From positions 32,001-96,000 of IMG/VR virus record IMGVR_UViG_3300037189_014399: 64,000 nucleotides of DNA, one strand, 5' to 3'. The notes under the pieces are model-generated. The model searched no databases. It saw only the letters and a list, made by a program, of their open reading frames with translations, and was not told the origin of the DNA. The translations under genes and the position numbers were made by a program. Positions 8,257 to 18,823 of the stretch are shown here, piece by piece. Source of the stretch: a virus. How positions within the stretch are numbered: the stretch's first letter is position 1; the number at the start of each line of letters is the position of its first letter.

Positions 8257-9478
8257 ATTCCTCAAACCTTCCTTGTTCCCAGTCCCATAGTAATTCGGTT
8301 TCAGCAAAGCCACTTGAACGGCTCTTATCAATTCGTAGTACACGTGAGCTATCGTCTTCTTCATCTTTTCTTTGTAGTACAAGTACTACGTCAGAGTCTT
8401 GAACGAATGAAGACGAGTAACCAATAGCATCAGAAGTAACCTTGCCCTTAGTAACCTTGCTACTAAGAACCTGAGTTGTCTGAATAACGGGAATATCAAA
8501 ACGCTGAGCAATACGCTTCATGCCCTGAGTAATGTGTTGTAGATTCTGCCAGCTACCAAAGCGTTGCTCACCACGTGTTGCTTGCTCATCCTCCATAAGG
8601 TAAACACCATCAACGAATAAAGCATCAGGCTTAAACTTTTCTACCTTTGCAATCAAAGCAGTCAAAGTCATAGCAGTGATTGACTCTGTTAGGTAGAAAG
8701 GATGCATATCCTTAGACTTGTCATACCAAGCCTTTAGTAACTCTTCTTCTTCAGGAGTTGACTGTCCACGCATAAATCTATAGCTAGAGATGTGAGAACA
8801 CATACAGTCGTAACGACGTTGCTGTTCTATGTTTGTCATTTCAAAAGATTGAAACATAGGAACAAAGCCATCAAGGTGCAGGTTAATGGCTGTTTGTAAT
8901 GCAAGCACAGACTTACCTGTCTTTGGTGGAGCAATGATAGTTACAAGCTGACCTGGTTGCAGACCACCGGTTGCAAGATCAATAGTTTTAAATCCTGTAG
9001 GCATTCCAATAAGACCATCTGGACGCAGCTTAATATTTGTATATTGCTCCCAGCGTTCTTCGGTAGTCTTTGTAAGATCTACGTCGTGGCTTTCACTTCC
9101 ACCAGTCTGACTGATCTTGTGTAAGCCGGCGCTAAGTATTGTTATAGCCGAGGTGTGATCCCCGGCAGCAATTGAAGATCCTGCTTCTTGAACCGTATCG
9201 ATAATGCTTTGACGATTACGATATTCAATAAGTTGATCTAATAAATACTTTACCGAGTCGTCAACCTTCAACAACCTAAAGGTTGGGAAGTTATCTAAGA
9301 CGGTGACTGCTGTAGGTACTTCGCTGTACTTTACATAGTGCTCACGGATAAATTTCCATACAGCTCTATTTTCTTCAACAAAGAACCAGTCATCTTGTAC
9401 GCCACGTTCTAGTAGGTACCCGATGCTGCGGTCACGGACGGCCTTAGATATAAGCCGGAGTTCGTTATCAGCTGCCAC
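8219..9478 (-). CDS. dnaB: DnaB-like replicative helicase
   Basis: GMPTGFKTID..TGGLQPGQL, Walker A APPKTGKS, SFEM, FVDG, QDSDVVL. Confidence 0.93.
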   Translation of the reverse strand: MAADNELRLISKAVRDRSIGYLLERGVQDDWFFVEENRAVWKFIREHYVKYSEVPTAVTVLDNFPTFRLLKVDDSVKYLLDQLIEYRNRQSIIDTVQEAGSSIAAGDHTSAITILSAGLHKISQTGGSESHDVDLTKTTEERWEQYTNIKLRPDGLIGMPTGFKTIDLATGGLQPGQLVTIIAPPKTGKSVLALQTAINLHLDGFVPMFQSFEMTNIEQQRRYDCMCSHISSYRFMRGQSTPEEEELLKAWYDKSKDMHPFYLTESITAMTLTALIAKVEKFKPDALFVDGVYLMEDEQATRGEQRFGSWQNLQHITQGMKRIAQRFDIPVIQTTQVLSSKVTKGKVTSDAIGYSSSFVQDSDVVLVLQRKDEEDDSSRVLRIDKSRSSGFAETELLWDWEQGRFEEYGNPYDTGNFSF

Positions 9479-9883
9479 TTATACCCTCTCAAATTCTAGA
9501 TACCAATGTCCATACGAAAGCGCTCTATCGGGAATGTCTACTACATTTTTAACTTCCGGTCTATATGGAAGTTGCGATGCAAAGTCAGACGCTGTCCGGT
9601 ATGCGGTAGAGTAGTTAAACGGATTAGTACCTGAGTTGTCAAGATCTTCCATGACATCTCTCATATCCTTTTTTGTATATCCGAATCCAACTAACTCTAG
9701 TGTGAAGCCATGCTTGTGTGCAAAGTTCCACAACCTTCCTAGGGCCATTTGATTGTATTCAATTTCCTCTGTTGCTTGCAGTATGCCGAGGAAGCGCTTT
9801 CCTGATGGACGGCGTGTAAGAATGCAGTCCAAAGAAACCACTACTCTGAGTGGTAACTCGTTTGAAATATCGCCCCCCTTCAT
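9479..9883 (-). CDS. hypothetical protein
   Basis: Abuts dnaB; no confident motif. Confidence 0.6.
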   Translation of the reverse strand: MKGGDISNELPLRVVVSLDCILTRRPSGKRFLGILQATEEIEYNQMALGRLWNFAHKHGFTLELVGFGYTKKDMRDVMEDLDNSGTNPFNYSTAYRTASDFASQLPYRPEVKNVVDIPDRALSYGHWYLEFERV

Positions 9884-9886
9884 TTC

Positions 9887-10174
9887 TTATGGCAGTGTTT
9901 CTACTTTGCCCCAACGAATGAGTAACTTACGGAATGCATCATGAGAATGCTTAGCTTCTTCAATAGCTTCCTTTGGTGCATACTTTGAGATCTCTACAGG
10001 AAAGATTCCATCCTTTAGAGATTGTGAACACCACTCAGTGTGCTTGCACTTGGAACGAGCCTTAAACCCCTTGCAAGAGCAGCGTAGTTCTTTAGCAGTA
10101 GACGCTTCTACTTCATCGACTCCGTCGTCTGACAAGAAGAACTTAATCGTTTTCCATTCCACAGTTAAACTCAT
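9887..10174 (-). CDS. SWIM zinc-finger protein
   Basis: CSCKGFKARSKCKH. Confidence 0.75.
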   Translation of the reverse strand: MSLTVEWKTIKFFLSDDGVDEVEASTAKELRCSCKGFKARSKCKHTEWCSQSLKDGIFPVEISKYAPKEAIEEAKHSHDAFRKLLIRWGKVETLP

Positions 10175-10851
10175 TTCCTTCTATCCCCCTCCATAGAAAT
10201 TACCTGATACGTTGTAAAAGCTTCGTGTAGGAAACTATACATAGATTCCCCATAAACTTCACCCCAGCTTTCGATGGGAACGTTAGTGGTAATAATTGTA
10301 GGCAAGCCGTAATTAAAGCGGGTGCGAAGCAAAGCATCAAATTGATTCTCAGCCCACCCTGAGGCTGTCCTGTATTCTTTGCCAAGATCATCTAGAATTA
10401 GAAGCTTTACATTTTCTGATTTAGATTCTCCGTAGATTGCTGTTAGCAACTCTCGTTCATCCTCATTACCTTCATCCCATTGACGCTTCTCCATACGAAG
10501 AAGCTTTGGATAGTCTGTAAAGTAAACAGGACGATCAGCAATATGTTGCTTATCCCAAATCTCTCTAGGAGCTTTTAGGATCAATGCTTGAGCAATAGCG
10601 CAAGCCAGTGTTGTTTTACCGTGACCAGGTCTGCCAACAAAGAGCAAACCCTTTCCACAGTTTTCTTTGTCGTTACTTGAAATAACCTTACCTGCAAGTA
10701 CGTCATCGATCCAAAGCTGTACAAGTTCGTTCATACGTTGCTTGTACGGCTTTAGATCAGACAACTCAACACCAACGTGCTTTGCAGGAAGCGATGAAGA
10801 TTTAATCTGTGACTTAAGACTGTAAGGTCTTAGTTCGTTTATATCAAACAT
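10171..10851 (-). CDS. DnaC/IstB-like AAA+ helicase loader
   Basis: GLLFVGRPGHGKT, LLILDDLGKE, PTIITTN, GDRR. Confidence 0.9.
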   Translation of the reverse strand: MFDINELRPYSLKSQIKSSSLPAKHVGVELSDLKPYKQRMNELVQLWIDDVLAGKVISSNDKENCGKGLLFVGRPGHGKTTLACAIAQALILKAPREIWDKQHIADRPVYFTDYPKLLRMEKRQWDEGNEDERELLTAIYGESKSENVKLLILDDLGKEYRTASGWAENQFDALLRTRFNYGLPTIITTNVPIESWGEVYGESMYSFLHEAFTTYQVISMEGDRRK

Positions 10852-10996
10852 CTTTCTTCCTAACTATGTCCACTGCCCATTGAAGTCCTTTGGTTACTGC
10901 ACGATTTAAATCGTCTTCATGTGGTTCCATTACTGCCAAGATCTCTGCTGCGATTTTCTCACGCAGGGTATCTTCGCATTTGCAATTCTCGCCCAT
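10844..10996 (-). CDS. hypothetical 50-aa protein
   Basis: Not in track. MGENCKCEDTLREKIAAEIL...WAVDIVRKKDV fills the gap; TGATG-coupled. Confidence 0.6.
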   Translation of the reverse strand: MGENCKCEDTLREKIAAEILAVMEPHEDDLNRAVTKGLQWAVDIVRKKDV

Positions 10997-11958
10997 CACT
11001 CACCTCCTAACGCTTTCAACATCTCATTCTGCTTACGAAGTAATGACTCTGTCAAATACTGATCTTCTTCAACGGCAACTGCATTGACCTTTGCATGGAC
11101 GGTTGGGTAGAACTTAAAGAACCGAACCATCAGTGATTGACCAAAGCCGGCCTCACGGATCAAGCGTGGGTCGTTAAAGAACATCCGTATGGCTTTAAGG
11201 ACTCCAAGGTGGCTTCCGCCGTCCCGAACCATCTTGTTGATATAAGTTGCCAGGCGAGCGCCGTTAACCTGTCCTGGGACCCCTGGAGCCTTTATACGGA
11301 GCAAGTCATAGAACTCTGCTACCAGGTCTGCGGTTTTCCAGTCTTCCTCAGGTCGATCTGAACGCTCGGCGGATTTAGGTACTGCCTCAAACTTTGTGTA
11401 CTTAAGCTGACGCAGTTTCTTCTTGTCTTCAACGTTGCCTATAGAACCTGGCGCTGTGTCATCGATCTGACCACGCTTTGGTTCTGACTTCTGTTCCTCA
11501 AATGGCCAAGCCATCTCAACCTCCTCAGAAATATCTTCACCGACTTCTGGTAAAGACCTCATCGGGCGAAGCCCGTGAGGAACATTAGAAGTACGTAGTA
11601 CTTCTAATGTATTAACGCTACTAGCTATAGCTAAGCTATTATCTATAGCGGTACTACTGATTGTAACAAGGGGTTCACCGACCGTCGGTTCTTCGATAGT
11701 CGGTGGAATGAAATTAAGCGAATCCTCGCCAAATAAAAGCTGCGTTCCAAAGCGACCATGCTTGGTCTGGTAGCGCATAGCTTTGATGTAACCGGCTTGC
11801 TTCAACTCAGACATGCCGTTTGTAATAGCTGTACGGCCTTCAGGAAGGAAGCCGACGAGTTCATCGACTGTTAGTACCCGACCCATATGAACGCACAGCA
11901 AATAAATAAATCTAGCCTTTGATGTCAAGGCGTGATCTGTGTAGATTTCCTTTTTCAT
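10996..11958 (-). CDS. putative replication initiator (N-terminal winged HTH)
   Basis: LTSKARFIY...EGRTAITNGMSELKQAGYI; lies upstream of the DnaC-like loader. Confidence 0.65.
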   Translation of the reverse strand: MKKEIYTDHALTSKARFIYLLCVHMGRVLTVDELVGFLPEGRTAITNGMSELKQAGYIKAMRYQTKHGRFGTQLLFGEDSLNFIPPTIEEPTVGEPLVTISSTAIDNSLAIASSVNTLEVLRTSNVPHGLRPMRSLPEVGEDISEEVEMAWPFEEQKSEPKRGQIDDTAPGSIGNVEDKKKLRQLKYTKFEAVPKSAERSDRPEEDWKTADLVAEFYDLLRIKAPGVPGQVNGARLATYINKMVRDGGSHLGVLKAIRMFFNDPRLIREAGFGQSLMVRFFKFYPTVHAKVNAVAVEEDQYLTESLLRKQNEMLKALGGE

Positions 11959-11975
11959 TTGCCCTCCGGTTTAAG

Positions 11976-12251
11976 TTATCTTGGTGCGACCCTCTCAGGG
12001 AGTTTGCGAAACTCTCTGGTTGAGACACCGGTAAAAGTTTGCTCTACAAACATGGACAATGTCAAGCCGACAAAGGTTGAAGCGAGTATCGAAAAAACCG
12101 ACTCTCGGTTAAACGGTTCCATAACCAGGCAAGCTACCATAGAAAAGATCAAAGATACAAGTCCACGGAATTTGCCCAGTGAAACCAAAAGACCCTCTAC
12201 AGCCGTTAAGACGCAGGCGGTAGAGAGTCCAGCAATTAATACTAGGTTCAT
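11976..12251 (-). CDS. small membrane protein
   Basis: Three hydrophobic segments. Confidence 0.55.
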   Translation of the reverse strand: MNLVLIAGLSTACVLTAVEGLLVSLGKFRGLVSLIFSMVACLVMEPFNRESVFSILASTFVGLTLSMFVEQTFTGVSTREFRKLPERVAPR

Positions 12252-12257
12252 AGTTTC

Positions 12258-15200
12258 CTACTGTTCTAGAAGCGTCCTATCAATGTAGAACGTATTCGGG
12301 GTAGATGGGGTGTCAGGCGTAAAGGATACCGTCATATCAGCGTAGCTTGTCTGTAGACCGTACACCTCAGGCTGACGGGTAATAACACGTAGATAGTACC
12401 AAATGTTTGGCTGGGTGATGTGGATCGTTTCAGTCTTAGTTAATACCAAAGTCTGAGTAATCGTATAGAACTTGACAGTCAGGGTGTAGGTGCCGTACCC
12501 TGTTGCATCTGGGGCCTTAAGCACCACAGATCCAACTACTCCTCGGTTTGTATAAAGCTCACCCAAACTTGACGTTAGACCAAACGTTCCTGTACCCTGT
12601 ACAACGCAGTATGCCTGTCCGTGGCTACAAAGATCATTAAATAACGATCCCTTAGATACAGTTCTGTAAAGCTTTGCAGCATTGTTCGGTGTCCAACCTA
12701 CCAAGCTCTTTTCAAATGATGGTGACTTAATAAGATTGTTAATGCCGTACTCGGTATATACATCTAGGCTTGCAGCGTTACCACGGTTAAATGCCCAGCT
12801 AGAACCAAGAGGCATGTGATCTTTTACGTTCTCTCCTAAACGGAATTGTTTTAAAGAGAGGTTGTTCCAGTTGTTACTGACACCACCGTGCACGCTAGGT
12901 TCTCTTGTTGCATAATAGAACTTACCTTGTGATCCTAAGCTAGGAACTGTAAAGGTAGTTGCATCCTGTGGGTTAATAAACTTAGAAGTAAACTTTCCAA
13001 ACTCTACCTGTACACCGTCAACATAGAAGGTTGATACAGTACTCGAGATGGATAAAGTAAAGGTTGTCTCTCCAGCCCATGGAATTCTTTGTAGGGACAT
13101 GCGTGTCCAAGTGTTTGCATTGTTAGCATCAATACTAATTGTTGCTGTATCTACGTGATCTCCTGAGGTTGCTTTAAGGGTGTAGTCTCCAGCAGCTCCA
13201 TATATATAAGCAGAGCAAACGTAATCTTCACTTTGTGATCCCTCATCAAGCGCAGCATATGGGGCGTACACAGTTGTATTTAAGAATGCTGTAGCACCTG
13301 TTTTAACTACCTTACCTGAATGGGTTCCAAATTTTGCCTGCTCATTAGAGCGGGTTAAGGTACATCCAGTGGTTGACCAGTCATTAGTGTTAGTAATAAA
13401 TGATGGGTTATTAATATAATTAAATCTATTACGGGTTTCCCATACACACTCATCAGGATTAAAGTAATGCTCGTGTACTGGATCCATCAACATAGGAGAT
13501 CCAGAACCACTGAAGGTTTCAATTACTGCAGGATCTTCATAGGTTGCTTTAGGGGTATTAGTTAAAATTGCATTGTTAATATAAAACGTATCTCCAGCAG
13601 TAGCCCCCACAATATAGATAGATGCCTTAGCTAATGGCTGTGGGGAGTCAACAGTTTTTTCTGGTGAGAGTAGGGTGACAGAGATAGGGGACGCTGTAGA
13701 AGTTAGGGCTACCGGATCGCTATCAATTAACTGGTTAGCATTAAGATAGTAAGGAACGCCATTTACATCTAACTGTAGTTGGTTCTGATCGGTGTCGTTT
13801 TGAGGAGAAGAGTATTCTAATCTTACCTTTGCAGAAATGTTTTGTGCAGAAGCAACGTCTACCTGGAAAGTATATGTCTTTGATGCATCGGCAGCAACCC
13901 ACTCTGTGATCACTCCAAAGTCCCCATTTGCAGCAGCGGTTACTTTTAAAGCTGTTGTATTAAAATAACTATAGAAGCTAACCACACCATCAACCTTGGT
14001 TGATAGGGGGGATGTCAATGTAAGGATTGCACTTTGATTGCTGTTTTGAAGATCAAAGCTATCAATAGTATGTGCAGTCCCATTAATGTATACGGTTGTA
14101 AACCCTGAGATATCAATGTAGTTAATAGGAGCGTAACCACTATACTGATTATTAAGAAGGAGTTGAGTAGAGCCAGATTCTCCATACCCATAGGTATCTA
14201 CTTCAATGTCTTTTCTTAAGATGCCCTGTATAGGGTTGTGATCTTGTTCAAGAATTGCGTTGTAAGCAACCCACCCAGCAATTCCATCTTCAAATGTAGG
14301 GTTAGGTACGTTGTTGTTTTGTTCACCCTCAATAACGATAGTAGATCTTCTAGGGTCTTGATACTCAAGTGATATAGCTTCACCTTCAGTAACTTGACAC
14401 ATATCAAAAAGAATACGATCATTTGTACTTTGAGGTATTACTGTTAAAGTAAATAAAACGTAGCTTGCTCCAATTGGAACTTCAGCACCTCGTCTACTTA
14501 CCCCACCAGAAGTAAATTCAGTCCAAGAAGTTGTAGTTGTGTGCACATCGGAGGTGCTGTCATTTCCTAAGTGAGTACCTGTTTTATCATAAAAACTTGT
14601 AGTAACAGCAATAGTTGCTGGGCTATCTAAGTGTTTAATCCAGCCACTAAATAGCATGTATTCATACTTCTCTACCGGAATACCGTACTTAAGAGCATTA
14701 AGCTTTGTTGCAGGTGCTTGATCGTTAGGGTAGGTAGGCAAGGTTAGAACAGCTGATGCTTCGGTTACTGTAAGTAATCCGTAGCCTTTTGTTCTAGGTG
14801 GATAGTCAATATCAACAAAGTTTGGAACTGGTGCAGTCTGCTGGGTTCCAACATCCGTAGATGAAGTAGAGTACTGTTTACTTACAAAAGTACCACCCGT
14901 TACTGTCCAGTGTCCTACGTTCTCTTCAAATGAAGCGTCATTGTAATCAAGCATTCTATTAATGCCTGGTTTAATAACGGTATCCCAGTGAGTTAAAGCA
15001 GTGGTTAGTGACTGGATCTGAACTCCGGTTCCCTTTTCTCCAAGGGAACGAAGAGCTCCCTTATATAAAGAGCGGTGATATAGATCACCTAGAGATGGCT
15101 CATAGGTAAAACCAAAGTCAATAATCTGTTGGGTCAAGATCTTTGTTGGGATGTAACGACTTTGACTAACGTTTTCAATAAGTCCTGCCTCAGCTCTAAA

Positions 15201-15713
15201 CTTATCGTATTGAAAAGCAAAAGCAGATAGAATGCTATTTAAGAATCCTGTTTCAGGTTCTCCGGTCGCATCTCCATATCCGTCATATTCATTTAACCAA
15301 GCAGAAGGTAACCACTTCTCAATTTTAGTCAGTGTGTCCGTATCGCCAACAAGCGTGTCATATCCGGCCCCACAAAGAATCCAATCGCGTCCATTGAACA
15401 CCCATAAAGAATAGTGAACTTCAAACCCGTAGTTAATATCAACATCATAGTAAGAGCTTTTAAAATTATTAAAGGTTCCACCATCTAGAATAATTCCATC
15501 GTCTGGTCTATCTGGAATTCCTGAATAGCTTTTAATTAACTTCCAGTGTGTAATAGTTCTATCTTGTGGGTCTCCTGTAACCGCTTTCCACTTAATAACA
15601 ACGCGACCATAGTCGTAGGACCACACCGTAAGGTCAGCGTTATAGAAGGCACCTACGTTGAGAATCTCACCGTATTTTTCTGTGCCGTACAGAAAGAGAT
15701 TATACTTTGCCAT
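12258..15713 (-). CDS. large baseplate wedge/tail protein with carbohydrate-binding-like repeats
   Basis: Wedge-like ..EKGT..I.. segment; repeated N...NPSFE....W starts (CBM4/9-like); follows baseplate J. Confidence 0.7.
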   Translation of the reverse strand: MAKYNLFLYGTEKYGEILNVGAFYNADLTVWSYDYGRVVIKWKAVTGDPQDRTITHWKLIKSYSGIPDRPDDGIILDGGTFNNFKSSYYDVDINYGFEVHYSLWVFNGRDWILCGAGYDTLVGDTDTLTKIEKWLPSAWLNEYDGYGDATGEPETGFLNSILSAFAFQYDKFRAEAGLIENVSQSRYIPTKILTQQIIDFGFTYEPSLGDLYHRSLYKGALRSLGEKGTGVQIQSLTTALTHWDTVIKPGINRMLDYNDASFEENVGHWTVTGGTFVSKQYSTSSTDVGTQQTAPVPNFVDIDYPPRTKGYGLLTVTEASAVLTLPTYPNDQAPATKLNALKYGIPVEKYEYMLFSGWIKHLDSPATIAVTTSFYDKTGTHLGNDSTSDVHTTTTSWTEFTSGGVSRRGAEVPIGASYVLFTLTVIPQSTNDRILFDMCQVTEGEAISLEYQDPRRSTIVIEGEQNNNVPNPTFEDGIAGWVAYNAILEQDHNPIQGILRKDIEVDTYGYGESGSTQLLLNNQYSGYAPINYIDISGFTTVYINGTAHTIDSFDLQNSNQSAILTLTSPLSTKVDGVVSFYSYFNTTALKVTAAANGDFGVITEWVAADASKTYTFQVDVASAQNISAKVRLEYSSPQNDTDQNQLQLDVNGVPYYLNANQLIDSDPVALTSTASPISVTLLSPEKTVDSPQPLAKASIYIVGATAGDTFYINNAILTNTPKATYEDPAVIETFSGSGSPMLMDPVHEHYFNPDECVWETRNRFNYINNPSFITNTNDWSTTGCTLTRSNEQAKFGTHSGKVVKTGATAFLNTTVYAPYAALDEGSQSEDYVCSAYIYGAAGDYTLKATSGDHVDTATISIDANNANTWTRMSLQRIPWAGETTFTLSISSTVSTFYVDGVQVEFGKFTSKFINPQDATTFTVPSLGSQGKFYYATREPSVHGGVSNNWNNLSLKQFRLGENVKDHMPLGSSWAFNRGNAASLDVYTEYGINNLIKSPSFEKSLVGWTPNNAAKLYRTVSKGSLFNDLCSHGQAYCVVQGTGTFGLTSSLGELYTNRGVVGSVVLKAPDATGYGTYTLTVKFYTITQTLVLTKTETIHITQPNIWYYLRVITRQPEVYGLQTSYADMTVSFTPDTPSTPNTFYIDRTLLEQ

Positions 15714-15721
15714 TTAATTAA

Positions 15722-16276
15722 TTACATTCCCGCCAGCATGAATGGATCAAATGGATTGGCGTTTGCTGCTGCAGTCAAAGTTGCAATTGCAGCTGTAAGG
15801 GCGTTGTACTCAGTACTGTTCACATAGACAACGTTGTTAGGTCCTACTTTAGGATTGCCGGCACCATCTACTGCAAAGCCCAATGTATTTGTATAATCAT
15901 AGGTTTCAAGTAAGTTGGTTCCATTAGTAGCAAGAATGTTCTTTGCCTTAATAGCAACTGAGTTAGCTACCGTTACTGTATCGCCTGACTTCTTAAAGTA
16001 TGGGCTGTTACCGGTAGTAACACCATTAACAAGGCCTGCCTCAATATTGTTAATGCGATCAGATAGAGATGGCCAAGCCGTTCCACGCTGTACGAATGAT
16101 CCAGACCAGTTAGAGGTAAGCATGCCAGCCTGAGGACTACTGGTTCCATTGAGGTAGTACTCAATGTTATAGACCTCAGTCTGAAGAGAGTTAACGTCGT
16201 CAGCGTTTACTGTGTCCTGAAGGTTTACCTTAGGAACGAAGGTGCGTACGTTAATCGGAAAGTATTGTGATGGCAT
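15722..16276 (-). CDS. baseplate-associated virion protein
   Basis: Position between baseplate genes; V.ADDVNSLQTEV..IE motif. Confidence 0.55.
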   Translation of the reverse strand: MPSQYFPINVRTFVPKVNLQDTVNADDVNSLQTEVYNIEYYLNGTSSPQAGMLTSNWSGSFVQRGTAWPSLSDRINNIEAGLVNGVTTGNSPYFKKSGDTVTVANSVAIKAKNILATNGTNLLETYDYTNTLGFAVDGAGNPKVGPNNVVYVNSTEYNALTAAIATLTAAANANPFDPFMLAGM

Positions 16277-16289
16277 TTATTCCTCTTTC

Positions 16290-17825
16290 TTAGCTGTGCC
16301 CACCGGTTGGATTGATAGTTAGTGCGCTCGCAGTCATGTAAGGTACTTGATCTGGATTTAAAGTAAGTGTAGCTAAACCACCGGCATTGTCGGCATTTAA
16401 CGCAGTAAGATCTACAGAGAGCACACCTTCAATAGATGAGATAGCAGTAATAACTGAAGAGATAGTTACAATTCTTTGGAAAGTATTGTTGTCATAGGAG
16501 AATAGTCCTGTTGCACTTAACAACGCTTTCTTAATGTTAATTACAACAGTAGATTGTTTATAGGCGCCATCAATAAGAATATTTGCTGTGGCGTAAATAG
16601 GAACATAGGTAGGAGGAGATACGGTAACAGTTGTTCCAATTAAAGATGGAGCTGTAAGAGCGGTCGTAACAGCAAGGGAGATATCATTCCAAGCGCCAGT
16701 AGCAATACCTGAAACAATACCTGGAGTATATGTTCCATCATCTTGTGGTTGAACGTATACAGTAACTGAAGTCCAGCTGCCAGCTACGGCATTTGCCTTA
16801 CCCACACCAGGAACTTGCTTAGCAAGGTTTACATAGTCATCAAGGGTTACAGCTCTGTTTCGTGTGTTTACAGATGCTTTAATCTTGCTACGAAGTTTAG
16901 TAAGATCGTCTGCATCTGCACCACCAAAAGCAGCGTATGAGTTTGTTACAGACAAGGAACCTACAGCTGCTGGGTCTGGGTTTCCTGGAATAAAGGTAAC
17001 TTCAGAGATAGAACCAGCAGTAATATTTCCAGATATACCTGAGCTTGTTTTATAGACAGCACCAACTAGCTGTCCGGTTGGTGGGATTAAACCATTTGTT
17101 CCATCACCAAATATAACGTTAGTGGATCCATCATCGTTTAACTTTGTAGTAAACACGTGATCTTGTGGGCCGTATTCAATTAAAGAAGATACATATTGCC
17201 ATGGAGCAAAAGCAACGCCTTGACCAATATAGACCTTTAAAGATCCGGTTACAAGATTCGTATCAAAGATATAAAAAGATTGGTTAGATGAACCGTCAGT
17301 TGTTCCAAGGCTAATTGGAATTGGTAGGTGATAGGTAGGATCAATAAGGTCAGGTCGATCCGTATTAACTGTCTTGCCTTCTACCGCGGTAACGGACTGA
17401 GTATCTCCAGCAGCAAGCTGGCTTAATAACTGTGTTGTCTCAAAGAATACTTCACGGTATGGACCATATACAAGGGGAGCCATAACCTGTGTTCCAATAG
17501 GAAGGTCTATAGGAGAGGTACCGTTATTAGTAAAAGCCACTGTAACGGCTGCTGGCTTTGGGCCAGATGGGTTATATCCGTATAGCTCAGCAAAGTTAAG
17601 AAGGGTTGTGGTTTTTACAGCGGTACTGATTGCCGTCTCATTTGCTGCTCTATCAATGTAGTAGTTAACGACATCGCCCATATAGGCAAACGCCTCTACA
17701 AGAACATTACCCAGATCATTGTAATCTGTAGGGTCCCAGTTAAGGCCTGTTCGTGCATTGATCAGCTTAATCAGATCCGTTTTAAGGGAGTTAAAGTCCC
17801 TAGAGGTGTAATCTATTTGCATCAT
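16290..17825 (-). CDS. baseplate wedge protein (gp6/baseplate J-like)
   Basis: IDYTSRDF, GDVVNYYIDRAANE, FGDG..G..P, GGADAD, RAVTLDDY. Confidence 0.92.
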   Translation of the reverse strand: MMQIDYTSRDFNSLKTDLIKLINARTGLNWDPTDYNDLGNVLVEAFAYMGDVVNYYIDRAANETAISTAVKTTTLLNFAELYGYNPSGPKPAAVTVAFTNNGTSPIDLPIGTQVMAPLVYGPYREVFFETTQLLSQLAAGDTQSVTAVEGKTVNTDRPDLIDPTYHLPIPISLGTTDGSSNQSFYIFDTNLVTGSLKVYIGQGVAFAPWQYVSSLIEYGPQDHVFTTKLNDDGSTNVIFGDGTNGLIPPTGQLVGAVYKTSSGISGNITAGSISEVTFIPGNPDPAAVGSLSVTNSYAAFGGADADDLTKLRSKIKASVNTRNRAVTLDDYVNLAKQVPGVGKANAVAGSWTSVTVYVQPQDDGTYTPGIVSGIATGAWNDISLAVTTALTAPSLIGTTVTVSPPTYVPIYATANILIDGAYKQSTVVINIKKALLSATGLFSYDNNTFQRIVTISSVITAISSIEGVLSVDLTALNADNAGGLATLTLNPDQVPYMTASALTINPTGGHS

Positions 17826-18215
17826 TTACTCCGCTGTAATAGTTCCGTTAGCTCTAAACACTGCTGTTCTAATTACGGTCTGCACCACAGTTCCATTAGG
17901 AATTTGTATAGAAACGTCTAGTGTGGCTTTTCCATCCCTATCAAAGATAGCTGAGGATACCCGGATTAATTTTACATCAGGCATCCACCGTTTAACGGCT
18001 GTATTTACAGCAGCTTCTACGGACTGTTGAATACGGCCTTCGTTTTCAAATAAGGCAGTACCAAAGTCAGTCCCATACTCTGGATACATTGGACGTTGAC
18101 CAATATGTGTAGATAGTAAAGTTACCAAGCGATCAAGGTAAATTGAACCTAGATCTTCAGTAGCAGAGATAACCCCATACTTATCTAGTGTCAGTGGGTA
18201 CTTTATAGATTTCAT
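17826..18215 (-). CDS. baseplate wedge subunit (gp25/GpW-like)
   Basis: LLST.IGQRPMYPEYGT....LFE; W.P.V; start at ATGA overlap 18215. Confidence 0.88.
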   Translation of the reverse strand: MKSIKYPLTLDKYGVISATEDLGSIYLDRLVTLLSTHIGQRPMYPEYGTDFGTALFENEGRIQQSVEAAVNTAVKRWMPDVKLIRVSSAIFDRDGKATLDVSIQIPNGTVVQTVIRTAVFRANGTITAE

Positions 18216-18823
18216 TGAACTCCAATCCATACTGGGTATTCAGGATCTCCAGCTATAAACATGATCCAAACCATTTGTCCCTCCACAGGAACCAACCTAT
18301 GAAAGGTATGCTCTGGAGTAGTTACGCCAGCTGTAGTTGTAGTTCCTGGTGCGGTAACTCCATTTTTATAAATACTTTCCTCAGCAGAATCCGTTGTAGA
18401 AGTAGTACTGGAAGTTAAAGCTCTTATCTTTCCCTTTGTTTCAACCATAGACTTAGTTGTTGTGTGAGCATGGTTAAGCTGCTTTGTAGCGTCCTTAGCA
18501 ACAACTGTTAAAGCTGGAATAGTAACTTGATGTGTGTGGGTTCCCACGGGGTAGGATGGTCCATTTCCAGATGTAACCGTTTTAGCTTCGGTAGTAAGAA
18601 GGGCCGCAACTTGAGCTGCGGTGTGGGGTAGGTGGTCGGGATGGTAAGACTCTGAAGTAATGGGCAGTACAGCTCTAGCCCAACCGGTTATAGCTTCACC
18701 TGTTGGTTGAAATACTTGAACTTGAATTCTATTTTTCTTTAATGGGTCTCTAATACTAATGACCTTAGCTTCATATATTCCGTAAAATCTAAGGCGACCA
18801 ATGTCATCCATTCCGTAATTCAT
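18212..18823 (-). CDS. baseplate spike (gp5/gpV OB-fold)
   Basis: YGIY.AKV....DP....RIQVQV...WA and P..GQMVW.MF.AGDPEYPVW.G. Confidence 0.8.
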   Translation of the reverse strand: MNYGMDDIGRLRFYGIYEAKVISIRDPLKKNRIQVQVFQPTGEAITGWARAVLPITSESYHPDHLPHTAAQVAALLTTEAKTVTSGNGPSYPVGTHTHQVTIPALTVVAKDATKQLNHAHTTTKSMVETKGKIRALTSSTTSTTDSAEESIYKNGVTAPGTTTTAGVTTPEHTFHRLVPVEGQMVWIMFIAGDPEYPVWIGVQ

